NCBI GenBank assembly: GCA_965285935.1
Contig: OZ260664.1
Span: 23,622,001 to 23,686,000 of the forward strand
DNA length: 64,000 nucleotides
Direction of reading: 5' to 3'
From: Ophelia neglecta
Lineage: Eukaryota
The notes beneath the pieces were generated by a model. It worked only from the letters and a program-made list of their open reading frames with translations, was not told the DNA's origin and did no database searches. Below are positions 46,158 to 58,971 of this stretch, piece after piece. The translations under genes were made by a program, and so were the position numbers. Position 1 is the first letter of the stretch. Each line of letters opens with the position of its first letter.

Positions 46158-48685
46158 AACTATCCTGTATTCCTAGTTATATAGTGCCTGCTCATCGAAA
46201 GATCGTTGACGATAGAGGCGTTCGGCTTCCTCTTTCTTTTTCTTGACGAGTTTTCACATTGATTCACACTCAATGGTCAATAATGCAGAGGAACCACGTG
46301 TATTGGATAGATATTAGACATCCTACAAGAGAGATAAAACGCAATAATTCAGTAGTACAAACTTAAGAAGTTTTCTATGTGGTTTAAATCTGCGTTGAAT
46401 GTATTGCTCGTTGGTGTGCCTTACCATTTCGCTGTTTGTCTCCTGTCAATTCGTATGCACTATTAATTCTTTAGGCCCAATTCATTAATTGTATGGATGT
46501 ATTCTCTTAATAATTTTTGGATATAGTTGCTCACCATTATAAAAAATCTTATATCTACTCAATTTTAGAGTAGTGCTGCTCAGAAAGCTGTATCGTAGAA
46601 ATGTTTATTTTGTCCTTTTTCTTTCCATACCATTGTGCTTGCAGACATTGTTGACATAGCAGCTTAAGAATGTAATGTGAGCGCAGAAAATCGTTCTGGT
46701 TGCTCTCGTCACATCTCGGTTATTTATGGGAAAGCACGTCGGCCTCGAGGTTTTGTTATGTATATTGACAGTTTGTTTACCCACAGCCACTCGAATGTGT
46801 TTTGCCCCACACTTTTTGTCATAACTCAGCCTGCCGTAGGGCATATACATGCATTTAATGTAATTTTGCTCACCCTTTAAAGTAAAAGGAATATTAAGTG
46901 CTCAAATAGCTAGAATTTAGAGAGATTTAATAATGCTGTTTAGTTGAAAGTGCCGAACAGTATTAAATTATACATCCAATACTATAAAGCGGGGTAATAC
47001 ATGTAACTCACATCAGAAAGTAGTATACAGTAATTTCACGCATCGTTTAAATCCAAGGAGAAAGACTTATTCCGCGAAGAAAACCAAGTTTATCCTTCGC
47101 CCATGCCATGTAAAGGCAAGTAGTATCTGTGTCCGTGTAATACACAGCAGTGGCTAATACACAGCAGTATACTGTGGCACATATTGCGGGAGGTATGTTT
47201 CTTGCTTATATTACATTTGTTTCTCATAATCTGTTCAAAGAACCCCACAACTACATAGGTTAAATGGTACGAGTCAAAAAGATAGTCGAATATCGATAGC
47301 CTCCAACCCATCCGGAAACCAGGCAAAATTGTCTTTAGATCTAATACTCACATTAATTGTTTTCAAATTTGAACTAAGTAATCACAACCCGTCCGGAGAC
47401 AGGTTTTAAATTTTTGGAGTCAAAATTTGAACAAAGTAATGCTAGGGACATCCAGGTGGCCAATATCGTGCGAGGATATATTCGCCTAGCTCTGCTTGTT
47501 TCACTATACTCGTATATAAAAATCTTGTACTTATTAAATTAATTCGATAGATGTGGCAAAACCGTTTTGGCTGAAGAGTTTTTTTTCCCCGAAACCGGCC
47601 TGCATGGCTGCAAGGCATATAGTAACTGTTGTTCGAAAAATGTGTTGCAAGGAAGGAGGGTCAAGTTTTTCGAAATACAGAGTAATCAATTTTAACCCAG
47701 TTCCAGCTCGTTATAAGCGTATAAGTATGTATCGTTAGTCCAGTAAAACAATGACTAGGCCTATCATATCCTACACCTAAATCAATATATAATCCATACC
47801 TTAAGAAATGAGCCTTTAAGTCACAAACAAGCCTGATTCTAATAATTGTATAGGCATATTAGTAATTAAGTTAAGAACGTTCAGAATACGTACACGATTT
47901 TCATGTCAGATTTTAGCTCCCTTTTCGTCCCAATTTCTACAGAAAATCCAATTATGTATTTTTCGACGAACATGAATGTGGATTTAGTTCTTTGGTTTAA
48001 AAAGGTGACAAAGCCTGGACTTGGCTATCATTGCCACTGAATCTGTCTCCAACAAGTAGAAGTATTCTAAAATCAGTATATATGGCTATGCAAACATTGC
48101 TAGCCTAAGTTTGATTAATCACTTTACGGATTATTGCCCTATTACAAAACATCAGCCCATTGAATTTTCAATGGTTGGTAAGACTTAGTTAATCATTTTT
48201 GCTCCATTGATTGTGTCAATGAGTAGACACATAAACACCATTTAAGGGACGGAAATATCCAAATAGGAACTGCTTGATTGAACAATTTACATTTGTATTC
48301 AAATCTCGATGTTTAGAGCATTGCACTAATGATTTCAATATGACATTGTACGATTATAAAAATAAACATGTATGTTGGATTGATGAAAAAACGGATCCTT
48401 GTTTAAACCCTTTAACATTTCTTATTTTTTACACGTTGTAAATTAAAGGTAAACAATCTAGCGCTTGGCGCACGAAATGATACATTCCTCATTACAAATG
48501 GCTGTTTATAGAACCGTGTAGCTAAATTCTGCTTCACATAACATGGCTTTTACCTTCGATTTAATATGTTAAGGATTATCAGTAATTGCTTCTGATTTAG
48601 CTTTGAACAAAACAGTATGTATTCGCCCAGGGTTACCGTGTACGCAGGTTTATATTATATCTGCCCTGAGGATCAGGGTTTAGCT

Positions 48686-49347
48686 TGTACAATGTCCCGT
48701 GGCCTATGTTGTTGGATAAGGCTTGTGTGGGGGACAATGAACAGTTAAAAAGACTGCTTCTCAGGGACATATTATACTCAGGATTAGAAAAAACCAGGAC
48801 TGGCTTACTACAAATTATATATACGAACAACCACTTAAACTGTGTTAAAAGTATCTATTTAATTTCAATATGTTTTCTACTTTGAGATACGGTAAGGTTT
48901 AAGAAATGTAAGCTCTAAATATGTTATTCGGTGTGTGAATTTCAGTATGAAAATCACCTACGTTATATAAAGGGTTATAATATACATACATACCTTTATA
49001 TATGAAGTATTCGTCGTTTGATAGAGGCCAGCATTTAGTGAAACACCATGCACATTGTGTGTGTTCGTGAATACCTTCTGGCGTCTTTGCTCTGTAAATC
49101 AGCAGATGGTGGACAATTGTCGAGTAAATATTTTTACAAAATAAAGATATCCTTAGGAGCGCCAATCTCCCAGGAGTGTTTCCCGGCAGGCCGGAGAGCC
49201 AGCGGGAGAGCTACTGCGCGGTTACTATTGACTTTTCGCCGACAGGTTACCGATCTGTTCAGGGTGGTGGGCAGATTAGACTATCTTGACCCAGTACTAT
49301 TGTGAACTATTGATGAATAAACACAACCACTGGTCCGGTGCATTACA
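48686..49347 (+). mobile_element. Possible solo LTR
   Basis: TGT..ACA termini (TGTACAATG / CATTACA), AGCT on both flanks, TATA-like run near 48995 and AATAAA at ~49316. A 4-bp TSD could be chance. Confidence 0.35.
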
Positions 49348-51046
49348 AGCTGGAGGGTAAATACACACTGCTTTGTCAAAGCAAACTGTATTTCGATAAT
49401 AATGCAATTTGCTTTGATTTATCTACGACCTACTGCACAATGCCTGGCTACAAGATTATGATACGGCACGTCACTGCTAACCTGAGCAGTAAATGAATGA
49501 TCAACAACATTGTAAGAGGAAAATAAATCCTGATTTGTTGTCCAGGGATCTCATCGAATGGATGTTGATGTAATTAACTCAAAATATCACAAGCAAATAA
49601 TAAACAGTGAGGAGATACTTCAATTGTCTTCTCTTCCATTGCTATACCCATGTACAAAATTTTAATTGCAATTTAATACCATATAAACACTAAATTGCAA
49701 TTTAATACCATATAAACACTATTTGACCAGAGCTAGTGAGGTAAATGGTGTCGAAATGTTTCAAAAGCGAGTCAGTTTAAACTAAACCAGAGTGCTAACT
49801 TTTTCTAAGAGGTTCGTTTTATTGTATACTGGGCAAGTTGACAGCGTGGCGGTTTTGCTATAGGGAAGTTCGCCCACTAACGTCCACTCTTCGCGCTTAT
49901 ATACTTAAAAAAATTACTTTCGAAAAATGCGGCGTTTTAGTCACAAGTGTCAACGGTTTTAAAGCCTGGATAAGGAACTTAGTCCGTCTATAGGACAAAC
50001 CGGATGTTCCAAGTAAATGCAGGCCAAATATTAAAGCTGATAAGTCTACACGTTAACAATTACACAAATATTATATTCCACGCTGAATTATGTAAGTAAT
50101 GTCATAGACGTTTGACAAGAGAATGAAATAACCAAGAAAGACCTACGTCGTTTTCAGTTTACTATTACAGAAATGGGAGACTCCTTCAGTATATGCAAAT
50201 GAATGCCGATAATTTGTGAGACTAATATTAGTGATTTTTGCACAAAAATTTGGCCACTATAGCCCACTATAGCCCACTCACAACAATTACAGCAGTGTGG
50301 CTTGACAAGTCTCCCTCAATTAATATGTTGATGGGTGTTATAAGTGGTGGCGTCACCTTGTCTGTCCATCCGTTAATATTGAGGACTTTTTACTATAAGT
50401 TAAGTTTAATCCTACGCACATGCAGCACATCTCAAAGAAAAAGTCCTGGCCACTAAGGCGTAAGGGGGGCTATCGAAGGGGTGGAACTATGGAAGGTGGG
50501 GGTGGGGGGGTGGGGTGGGGGGGGGCAGTTTGTTTAAGGGGGAAAAGGGACTATCCGGGGATGTATTCCTGCGTTGCCAACATAGGCCTAGAGGCCTAGG
50601 CCTAGAGGCTATACTGCTTCGGCATTTCCCATACCGGAAACAGAAATCAGATTTTAAAAATACCCCAATGATATGTACCCATTTCTGTTGGTTTTTCAAT
50701 AACAATAACGCCCGATGGTGTTGCCACTGTACCATTTTCGTTCGGCCATATTTTAATTCGATCGCCGCATTACCCACTTATAGGGAAAGATTTGTTTACG
50801 GGCTTAATGTCATCACTTGACATGTTAAAGAAACTGCTTATGAACCATAACCCCAGGTAGGCGATGACTATAAACAGAACACAGTTTCTTGCCAGGACAG
50901 CCTTCACAAATCCAGAATTTATTGCATTCACTTTGCCAATATGAAGGGAAAATGGTGTTTGAAATAAGACCTCCAGAACATTCATTATTTAGCGCATGCA
51001 GTAGGGTTACGGTGAACACTCTTATTTATATATCTATATACCTAGT

Positions 51047-51723
51047 CAATACCCTTTACTATTTGAATTCCGCTTGTTAACATCAATTTTTCTATATATT
51101 AGCCGGAGCAAGTTTTCGAACATAGTTTCTGAGCATATTCTCTTCTTAAAAGCGGAACATAAATATATTGAAGACTCAATGCCACCGTCCAAGCCTAGCG
51201 TATAAGGCGAGATCGCTGCTGTAGTTTTAAAGGCCGTAGGCACGTAAAGTCGTAGATAAAACCAAAAACATAGCCTACTGATAGAAGAATTATTGTACCA
51301 TAATTTATGTACAATAAGTTAACTCAGGTAATGTTTATTCCAAATTTTTATTCAACAAAAAGAGCCGTAGTGGCTGGGTTACACAGGTTGCTGTCGAAAC
51401 AATTGTTTGCGTTAGGTGACTACATCACTAAATATAAACTGCATCATTACATTTAAACTACATCACTACACAAACATCACTAAATATAAACTGCATCGCT
51501 ACATATACAAAAATTCAAATTTCAGGAAGATACAAGCAAAAATTCAAGAATTAATGCCGCTGCGCAAGCTCTGTGGAACTCATTTCCATGTGATTAAAAA
51601 TCTAGTCAGATTTTAACTGGTTTTAAGACCCACTTGTCTAGGGGTGTTTATGATTAACTGCATATGTGATTTTTCTAGTCGTTTTTATATCTTCAATACC
51701 TTTTATTTTTGCTCATACTTATA
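51047..51723 (+). repeat. Dispersed ~0.7 kb repeat, copy 1 (direct copy at 63331-64000)
   Basis: Colinear high similarity from CAATACCCTTTACTATTTGAATT to GCTCATACTTATA. Confidence 0.9.
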
Positions 51724-51789
51724 GTGTAACTTTAAGTTGTTTAGAGCTTTGTATGTATAAGTCCAAATTTTATATTGAATATAATATGT

Positions 51790-51880
51790 TTCATTAATAC
51801 ATGTATGTATCCAGCGCTTGGAGCTATTTTTGGAAAGGCGCTATATCAATATTCTAAATAATAAATAAAATAAAATTCAT
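51790..51880 (+). mobile_element. L2-type LINE/SINE 3' tail fragment
   Basis: AGCGCTTGGAG..GAAAGGCGCTATATCAAT stem-loop followed by an AATAA-repeat tail, the typical L2 3' end. Confidence 0.55.
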
Positions 51881-52261
51881 GTGAAATGAAATAAATGGGC
51901 AAAAGCCAGTGGCCACGAGAGATCGTCACCGAGGTCACCGGACGTGATTGTCCTGTTTAAACGTGCTGGCCAAAAACAAAATGTTCCCGTTTCAATGTAC
52001 ATGCGGGAGTACGCAAGTAATACAGAAGAATAATACGAGGAAGCTATGTTTTAGTAAATGGACGGTATAATGCATGGCAGATACGCCATATGTATTGAAA
52101 GGCTTCACAGACTATGGTCTGATTTCCATATAGGCCTAGAACTAGTTTTGTTCTAATTTGACCGGGAAGTCACAATGACATCAAAATTCTTTTAACGCCG
52201 GTGGTCGAATCTGAAATAGTCAACCTTAATTATTTGGATAAATTTGGACTTGAACTTTAAA

Positions 52262-52817
52262 AGAGGGGGGAGGGGAGGGGTTGGGGGTGTGGGTGGGGGA
52301 TTCCTTCCCCAGATCACAGTTTTGAAAATTGACATTGCCCCGTTCCAAGTGAAATGTATTGAAATTTCCCAGTTCACAGGGACTTACTTCGTTCCCGGCG
52401 CCCGAAAACCGAAATAACAAAATCCCGATTCACAGAAATAGAAACAATGTTGTGCATTCATTTTCAGAATCGTATTTCTTACAATCAAGATCTTAATCCA
52501 AGCCCATGTAAGTGTCATGGGAGCTCACTCCAGGTATTTTGTAAGGTGACATCCTGGGCGTGATGTTCTAAAACGCAATCCCAGTTCACAGGATTTTAAA
52601 TGAGCGATCACGGGTGTCAAATAAATCGGTCATTCCCAGTTCATGAATATTATAAACGGAATTTCCCGTTTCCCATGTATCTTTTGAGCCCGATCCCGAA
52701 TCACGGGAAATACATAATTCCCAGTTCACGGACATATCAAAGTTAAATTCCCGATTCACGGTAAATTAAAAGAGCCGATCCCGGAGGTCGGAATTTCCCC
52801 TAACCCCCCCCCCCCTT
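52262..52817. mobile_element. MITE-like element with G-run/C-run termini and repeated TCCCAGTTCAC/TCCCGATTCAC motifs
   Basis: About 10 copies of the motif, clustered near both ends at ~28-30 bp spacing, between a G-rich left end and a C-rich right end. Confidence 0.55.
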
Positions 52818-53793
52818 ATAAGTTTTGTGTAACCTGGATACTTCGTATTTTTGTCAACAGCACCTTGGTTGCATAAAATCCATACAGTTTGTTTTGCCTC
52901 GGCTACTAGATGATGCACAATCTGCAAATTTTTCTTACAGTGTAAAATCTTGCATGTTGCACGATTTCAGCAACATTAAGGCCTTATTGAAAGATAATTT
53001 TATTTATTGATATGACGCCTCAGCAGTCCGTTTTCCCCGTAATGCTAACTTCTGAGGGTTTTGACATATGAAAAATACCTACTCCATGCAGATTATTTAC
53101 AGGCAAGCTAGGGTTCGCCCAGATAAAACTAATAATTTTCTTTCCTGTTCGCTTATTCCAACAATATATGCAAGATACAGCAAAATAGAGCAGTATATGT
53201 TCCTATTTCCTACCAGGATAAGAACAGATATTATTTTAGACCAATTAGTTCCTCCATGCAAATCGATTCACATAATGTAGAACTCGCGTCTTAAACTCCA
53301 TCGGTCTTATTTCGAGTGCATTCCAGAATTCTTTTGTTTCTGAGTTCATGTGATATACTTGTTTCACCGCAAAATTTTGCTTCGGCAAAACAGTCTGGGA
53401 ATCAGAAAGGTTGATATTTACAGAATGGAAGCTGGTTTACAGTGTACAGCTGTGCGATTACGTTTAGTATAAGCCAACAAGCATGTGGAACAATTTATCA
53501 TCAATAACCCAGTCACGTGACTGAAAATTACCAATACAGGGATACACTGTACACTGTACGCTCACATACTGTGATTCTGCCAATTGTGAGACCCCTGAAT
53601 GTTTGAAAAATTGTCAGAATATGTTACTCTGTTTACTGCAATCCGTAGATACTGGCAAAATATAACATTTGACAATAGGTTAGTTCAGGCACTGTATTTC
53701 AGTATCATATCAATAATGCCAAAGCCATCCTTTGTCTCTATGTATCACAAAATGACATATGGTCGGTATGATCAATGTAAGAGAACAAGGAAT

Positions 53794-54440
53794 GGGCCAG
53801 TCACAAATCAGTTGCGATACGTCGGCGATGGGTATAACCCGGGAAATTTTAACAAAATCTTGAGACAGATCTCACGATTTTGCACCCGTCGGAGGCGCTC
53901 TCCGGACGCCTGCGGCTTGTCGCAGATTTTTTAGGCATCGCCACACCCGTCGCGGTCCCCAACTTTGAACTTAAAATTTGAAGATTGCTCGCAAGATTTT
54001 TCACCCATTTTGGGCATCCCAGACACAATCTCCGATGACCTACGATGCCCTCCGATTAATCGGAGGCGTCCTCCGAATAATCTGAGACTAGTCGCAAGAT
54101 TCTGTGTGGGATTGCAAATTCAGGTTGAGATTAAATGTCTGCGAGTAGTCTCCGGCGCCCTCCGACTGAATCGGAGGCGCCCTGCGACGCTTTCTGGGAT
54201 CGTCTCCGACGAATCGTACGGTGGCATATACCCATGGTGGGGGAAAAATTAAAAGAAATGTCGCACGCAGATATCGTCTCCGATCGCCTCCGGGTCAAAA
54301 TCCTTGAAAAAATCTCAGACAATGTGACTGCTCCACTTTTATTAGGATTATTGCTAGGATTGTTCAAGGATTCTTTATTTTCTACGACGACCCCCGGCCA
54401 TAACTAATCCCCGACAGATCGCCGACATTGTGACTGGGCC
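53794..54440. mobile_element. GC-rich non-autonomous DNA transposon (Harbinger-like termini)
   Basis: TIR GG(G/C)CCAGTCACAA / TTGTGACTGGGCC; internal direct and inverted repeats ATCGGAGGCG / CGCCTCCG / CGTCTCCGA. Confidence 0.7.
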
Positions 54441-56929
54441 TGAAAGAATAACATACATTTTTTGATACATACTTTAAATTTTCAGGTTATATGCAGCGCT
54501 GCTGATCATCGTCCCAGGGCTAAGAATATACATACTGTAGAATGGTAACAATACGTATATCATAAGAAGCAAGTCAATCATAGGTTACACTAAAAAACTA
54601 AATAAAATAATAATAATGATAAAAATATATGCATACAGGATTACTATGAAAACTAATCTCCTGCCATTAAGTGGCCAGTATGTAACTGTATATAACAATC
54701 AATCTAATACGCAACGGAGTTAAAATAATACACTTTTGGACTACGCCAATTTCTTAAAACGCCTTCAAAGCTTTTTTGAAACTATGTTAAGGAGTAATGC
54801 CCCGTAACTCCAGCTGCAAACCATTCCAAAGGTATGGACCTTGGTACATATATGACTGTCTAGTCAGTTCACATCAAGGAAAATATTCCAATAATTTCAT
54901 GCTTTTGCTAGTCCGTGTTAATATAGTTAAACAGGAGCCAGACCGTTTAAACACGTAATTGTGAGAAGATTTGTGAAATAATCTCGACGCTGTCTCGACG
55001 CTTCGAAGCCTTACACCCAAACACGATTAAAAGAAATGATGATTAGCAGATGCAACCAATCTGACAAAAACCGTCAATAAATAAGTGCTTTGTGATAAGT
55101 TATAAAGGGAAAAAATATTTCGTGAGCTAACAATCATAGGTGTGCAAAAAAGCACCTAAAATGGCTGCTGATCACTCGATGGGTAATCTCTGACTCCCGA
55201 TCAACTCAAATTTTATCTTAATGTAAACTTTAATAACCCTTGTTCAAAATTAAGTACTAGATGAATAGCTAGAAAACCCTATTCATGATTCTAATTAATG
55301 TAAAATATATAGACTGAATGATTGATTTTTACTAAAATAATTACTTCAACATCAATTTGAAGTACTAAATAACCTGCAAGCAATACCTATTTGACCTATT
55401 CCTTATTCCCGAAAATTATTAAAGTTATTGGAGCGTCAAGCTGTATCCGCCCCCCCCCCCCCCCCTCCACCCCGCACCCCTAACCGACTGTGAATGAGTG
55501 CTATGTAATAAATTATACGAAACCTCCTATCGTGCACGAACTAGCCCGACAGGACAAGGCAGCTTTCTCGATTCATAAAGAAAATTGCAAAAATATGCTA
55601 CTTAATGTAAAAAGAAGATTCATTTAAACATAGAAAAACATTGTTAACCTATGCTACTTAGCGCCGTAAAAGTAGCACGTGAAAGTAAGAGAAATTGAAA
55701 AACTGTCTTCAGAAGAGAACGGCCAAAGGCACCTCCGGGACCGGGATAAACACGTGAATAAGAATTGCAAAAAATACTGCCCATTTCTGTTGTGACATTT
55801 AGCCTCATAGGGGTCCATTAAGTTCAAACACCCATTATAACTATGATTTTTTACTATCTAGGACCAACCCACACAAGTGTAATAATTAAATACGACGAGT
55901 TGAGAAGTAAGTAGGCCTATACGTTGTCGGTCATTGCGCACTTCACCAACTTCAACGTTTATATAGTGTCTACCATAACACACATTGTTCTGCTTGTACG
56001 CTGTTTTGTCATATAAAAGAGGCATGCCGACTTGTTGAAAGACTAACTCGGTGAAGCATCCCATCGCTCTTTGCTTTCTCATGCATGGCAGTCAGAAGGA
56101 AGACGTGATCACTTGTATGTGCTGTAGGAGTGGCATTTCTGTATTCATGCTCTGATAATGCCCACCAGCTTCTGAACGCGAAGACTGCCAGTATTATATT
56201 ATCGGATGTTAGCAGGATTGGACTAAACGAGATTGTTGTTACATTTCAAAACACCAAAGGAAGCCTGAATTGTTTTCTTTTGGCAACATGCCGCCATCTG
56301 AAACATAAACATACATTTACTAAGAAGCTGTATATCACATTATCTTGCGTAGTTTGGGGATTCAAAAGGCTTCACGCCGAGAACTTGAATCTTTAAAGGT
56401 GGGTTTATATTTTGGCTTTTAGTAATGGGCCAATGCTATATGCCTGTATTAATATGATTAATTATATGTCGAGCAGTCAACAATGTTACTGGAAGACCTT
56501 TATAATTTATAAAATGTTTGATCGAAGGCGGCGGTCCACAGATTTCTTAGGATTTATCGTTAGCCATGCTTGGCATTATTAGTTTATCTATCCTACCGTT
56601 TCTTTGGGAAGAACATCTCAGTTTATCTGTCCAACCCTTCTTTGGGAAGAACATCTCAAAGCTTCTAGTTATAACCCCTTATTAAATATTTTTATGTACA
56701 CGTTTTATATGCACATGCTCCCTCAACCACGAAAAGGAGCTAACAGGAAGTGGCCTAATATTTTTCAACTGGATAGTTACAATGTTCGCCTCGGTTTCAC
56801 TGGAATAAGGCTTCCTCTATTATTACAATAATTTACTGTGTTTATTATACAGAAATTATATCGATCAATTGATTTTTTATTAAGGTGCCACGTGTATATA
56901 CAATATATATGTATATATATATTTCATAT

Positions 56930-57108
56930 AAAGGATACCTGTGAAACAAAACCACCCAAAGGACTGAAAAATACTGGTCTAATTGTAGAGGTGCTTCGTT
57001 TACACAGGTTAAAATATATTAAAAAGTGTACAATATGTTCTTAAATTTAGTTGTCTGAATTGACAGGTGGTCTAAATAAAAAGGTGGTCTTCAAGGCAGG
57101 TTTCACTG
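56930..57108 (-). mobile_element. Tigger-like MITE, same family as 34498-34658
   Basis: Right end is the reverse complement of CAGTGAAACCTGCCTT(G/A)AAGACCACCT followed by TA; left end degenerate. Confidence 0.65.
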
Positions 57109-57698
57109 TATAATGATAACCGGGGATCTTAACATCAGGAAGAACATGAAGTAAAGTCAAAAGAAAATAAATACGATAAAGTTAGTGAAGTGGTTAAAAT
57201 TTTCTTTTAAAATCACCCCGGATTAACCCGGGGGTTACAATTTTGGGACAAAGTCCCCCTTTCATCTCGATGACCCTGAGACCACGTACTAATGGCTCAT
57301 CATTTTTTCTTGGTTCATTTCTTTTTTTTAGGGCGGGGGGGGGGGTGGGGTGGGGTGGGGTGAGAATATCATAACCTTCCCCCAAGTACTCTGAAAAAAG
57401 ATGACAATATTGAACGCTAAGCTTCTTAAGGCCTGCCCCCCCCCCCCCCCCCAGACACACACAGATCATATCAAATTACCTTAACAGTTTAACATACTAG
57501 CATTTACAGGAATACCTGCATATAACATCAACTAATATGCATTCTGGTGTATTTTAAAATATTACGTAATCAATTTGTGAGCAGGTATAATTATATATTT
57601 TGGAACCATTATTAATTTTATCCTCATAAACAGCCGTTATTGGAGAATCATTCTCGCGTTTCTTCTGGGTCTGTTCGTCAATAAATTTTAATCATTAA

Positions 57699-57840
57699 GG
57701 AGTGACATGCCCTCAACCTATGATTTGGTGATCCTCCCCGTCTTATGGCCCATATTTCGTGACCCTTCCCCGGGTAAACCGGGTACGGATTTCGTGAACC
57801 CCCCCCCCCCCACGCCCCGGGAGGAACAATGTCACCACCC
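57699..57840. mobile_element. Short MITE-like element flanked by TTAA
   Basis: TTAA|GGAGTGACAT ... ATGTCACCACCC|TTAA imperfect TIR. Confidence 0.45.
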
Positions 57841-58206
57841 TTAAGCTGGTACGTTAATTTGTCAGAAGCTACACGAAATATTGAAAATGATCAGTGGCAT
57901 GAATTTGACGTCTTTTTTACTTTCTATCTTTGCAGTAAGTGTCAGTGAAGAAAACTCTGAACTAGTTTGCGGGCGGCAGTGGGGAGGCAGTGTGCATCTG
58001 TCCAAGAGAAAATCATAACCTTTTCTTGATTATCTTCCACAAACCATCAATGCACGTGGTTGATATTCAACTAATATTTTCTTATAAGTGCTCCTTAAAA
58101 GTGCACAATATTTGCACGCAAGGGAAAGCTCTGCAACTATATCTCAGTTATTTGATATTTGTTTAAACGAACTAGTATTCAACAGAGAGGGACACCGGGA
58201 GCCATA

Positions 58207-58971
58207 ATGGAGGACCCCAGTCCTTTCTGGCCGATGACGGAAGCAGAAGATAATGAACAGGAAATGTCGCCACAGCAGGAAGCCTCGCTTGGAGAGGCCA
58301 AACAAGAGTCTTTTGGGCAGTATATGTCACTGGTCAAAATATCTCCTAATGACACTATTAAATCAGCCAAGCCTGTAGATCGTCATGTTCGGTTTGGTGG
58401 GGAAGAAAGTTATTTTCAAGGTCAGTCATCGAGCGAGATTACCAATCAGGCTGCCTACACGCAAGACAAACAGCATCCATTTAGTGGACCAGGGTTTATC
58501 GGACCAATTATTATGGAAAACAATCAGTCTTCATTTCAAACCCCCCGATTTGGCCCTGCCGACTCGGTGACAACGATTGTAAATCTTAATCCCAGTGGTC
58601 GGGATGAGATTTCAGCCAGAGCTACCTGTGTCCCCAAAGGTATGACAACCGATAATCCGAAGACCGGGCATTTCCTACCGACCCCAATAATCACGACATC
58701 TCCATCGCGACCCACGCCTAAGCTTGAAAACGCACCGATATTGATACATGGTCACTACAATGTTTCTCAGACTATTTCTCTCCAAAGGGTGCCAGAATCG
58801 CCCCAATTGGTACCACAAAGTCCTATCCAGATGACGCCAACTTTTGACGACCAATGTCAACTTGTCTCCCCCGACTGTTTTTCGCTGACACAACAAAAAC
58901 CAATGCCCGCCCACCACCTTCGAGGCCCGCTGGAAGAAAAAGACAGTTATGTATGTTGTTGCTTATCATAG
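58207..58971 (+). CDS. Uncharacterised, probably disordered protein (254 aa) with RVxF motif and C-terminal CaaX (CCCLS)
   Basis: 765-nt ORF, clearly GC-richer than its flanks; ATAATGG Kozak context at 58207; possible acceptor ttcaacag at 58185; P/S/T/Q-rich; ends KDSYVCCCLS*. Confidence 0.7.
   Translation: MEDPSPFWPMTEAEDNEQEMSPQQEASLGEAKQESFGQYMSLVKISPNDTIKSAKPVDRHVRFGGEESYFQGQSSSEITNQAAYTQDKQHPFSGPGFIGPIIMENNQSSFQTPRFGPADSVTTIVNLNPSGRDEISARATCVPKGMTTDNPKTGHFLPTPIITTSPSRPTPKLENAPILIHGHYNVSQTISLQRVPESPQLVPQSPIQMTPTFDDQCQLVSPDCFSLTQQKPMPAHHLRGPLEEKDSYVCCCLS

Noticed and set aside
52300-52790. CRISPR array
   Set aside because: The repeat is only ~11 bp, degenerate and irregular, and sits inside a MITE-like element.
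53599-54407. Cluster of 78-111 aa ORFs
   Set aside because: They arise from the GC-rich, internally repetitive transposon 53794-54440; no transposase motifs.
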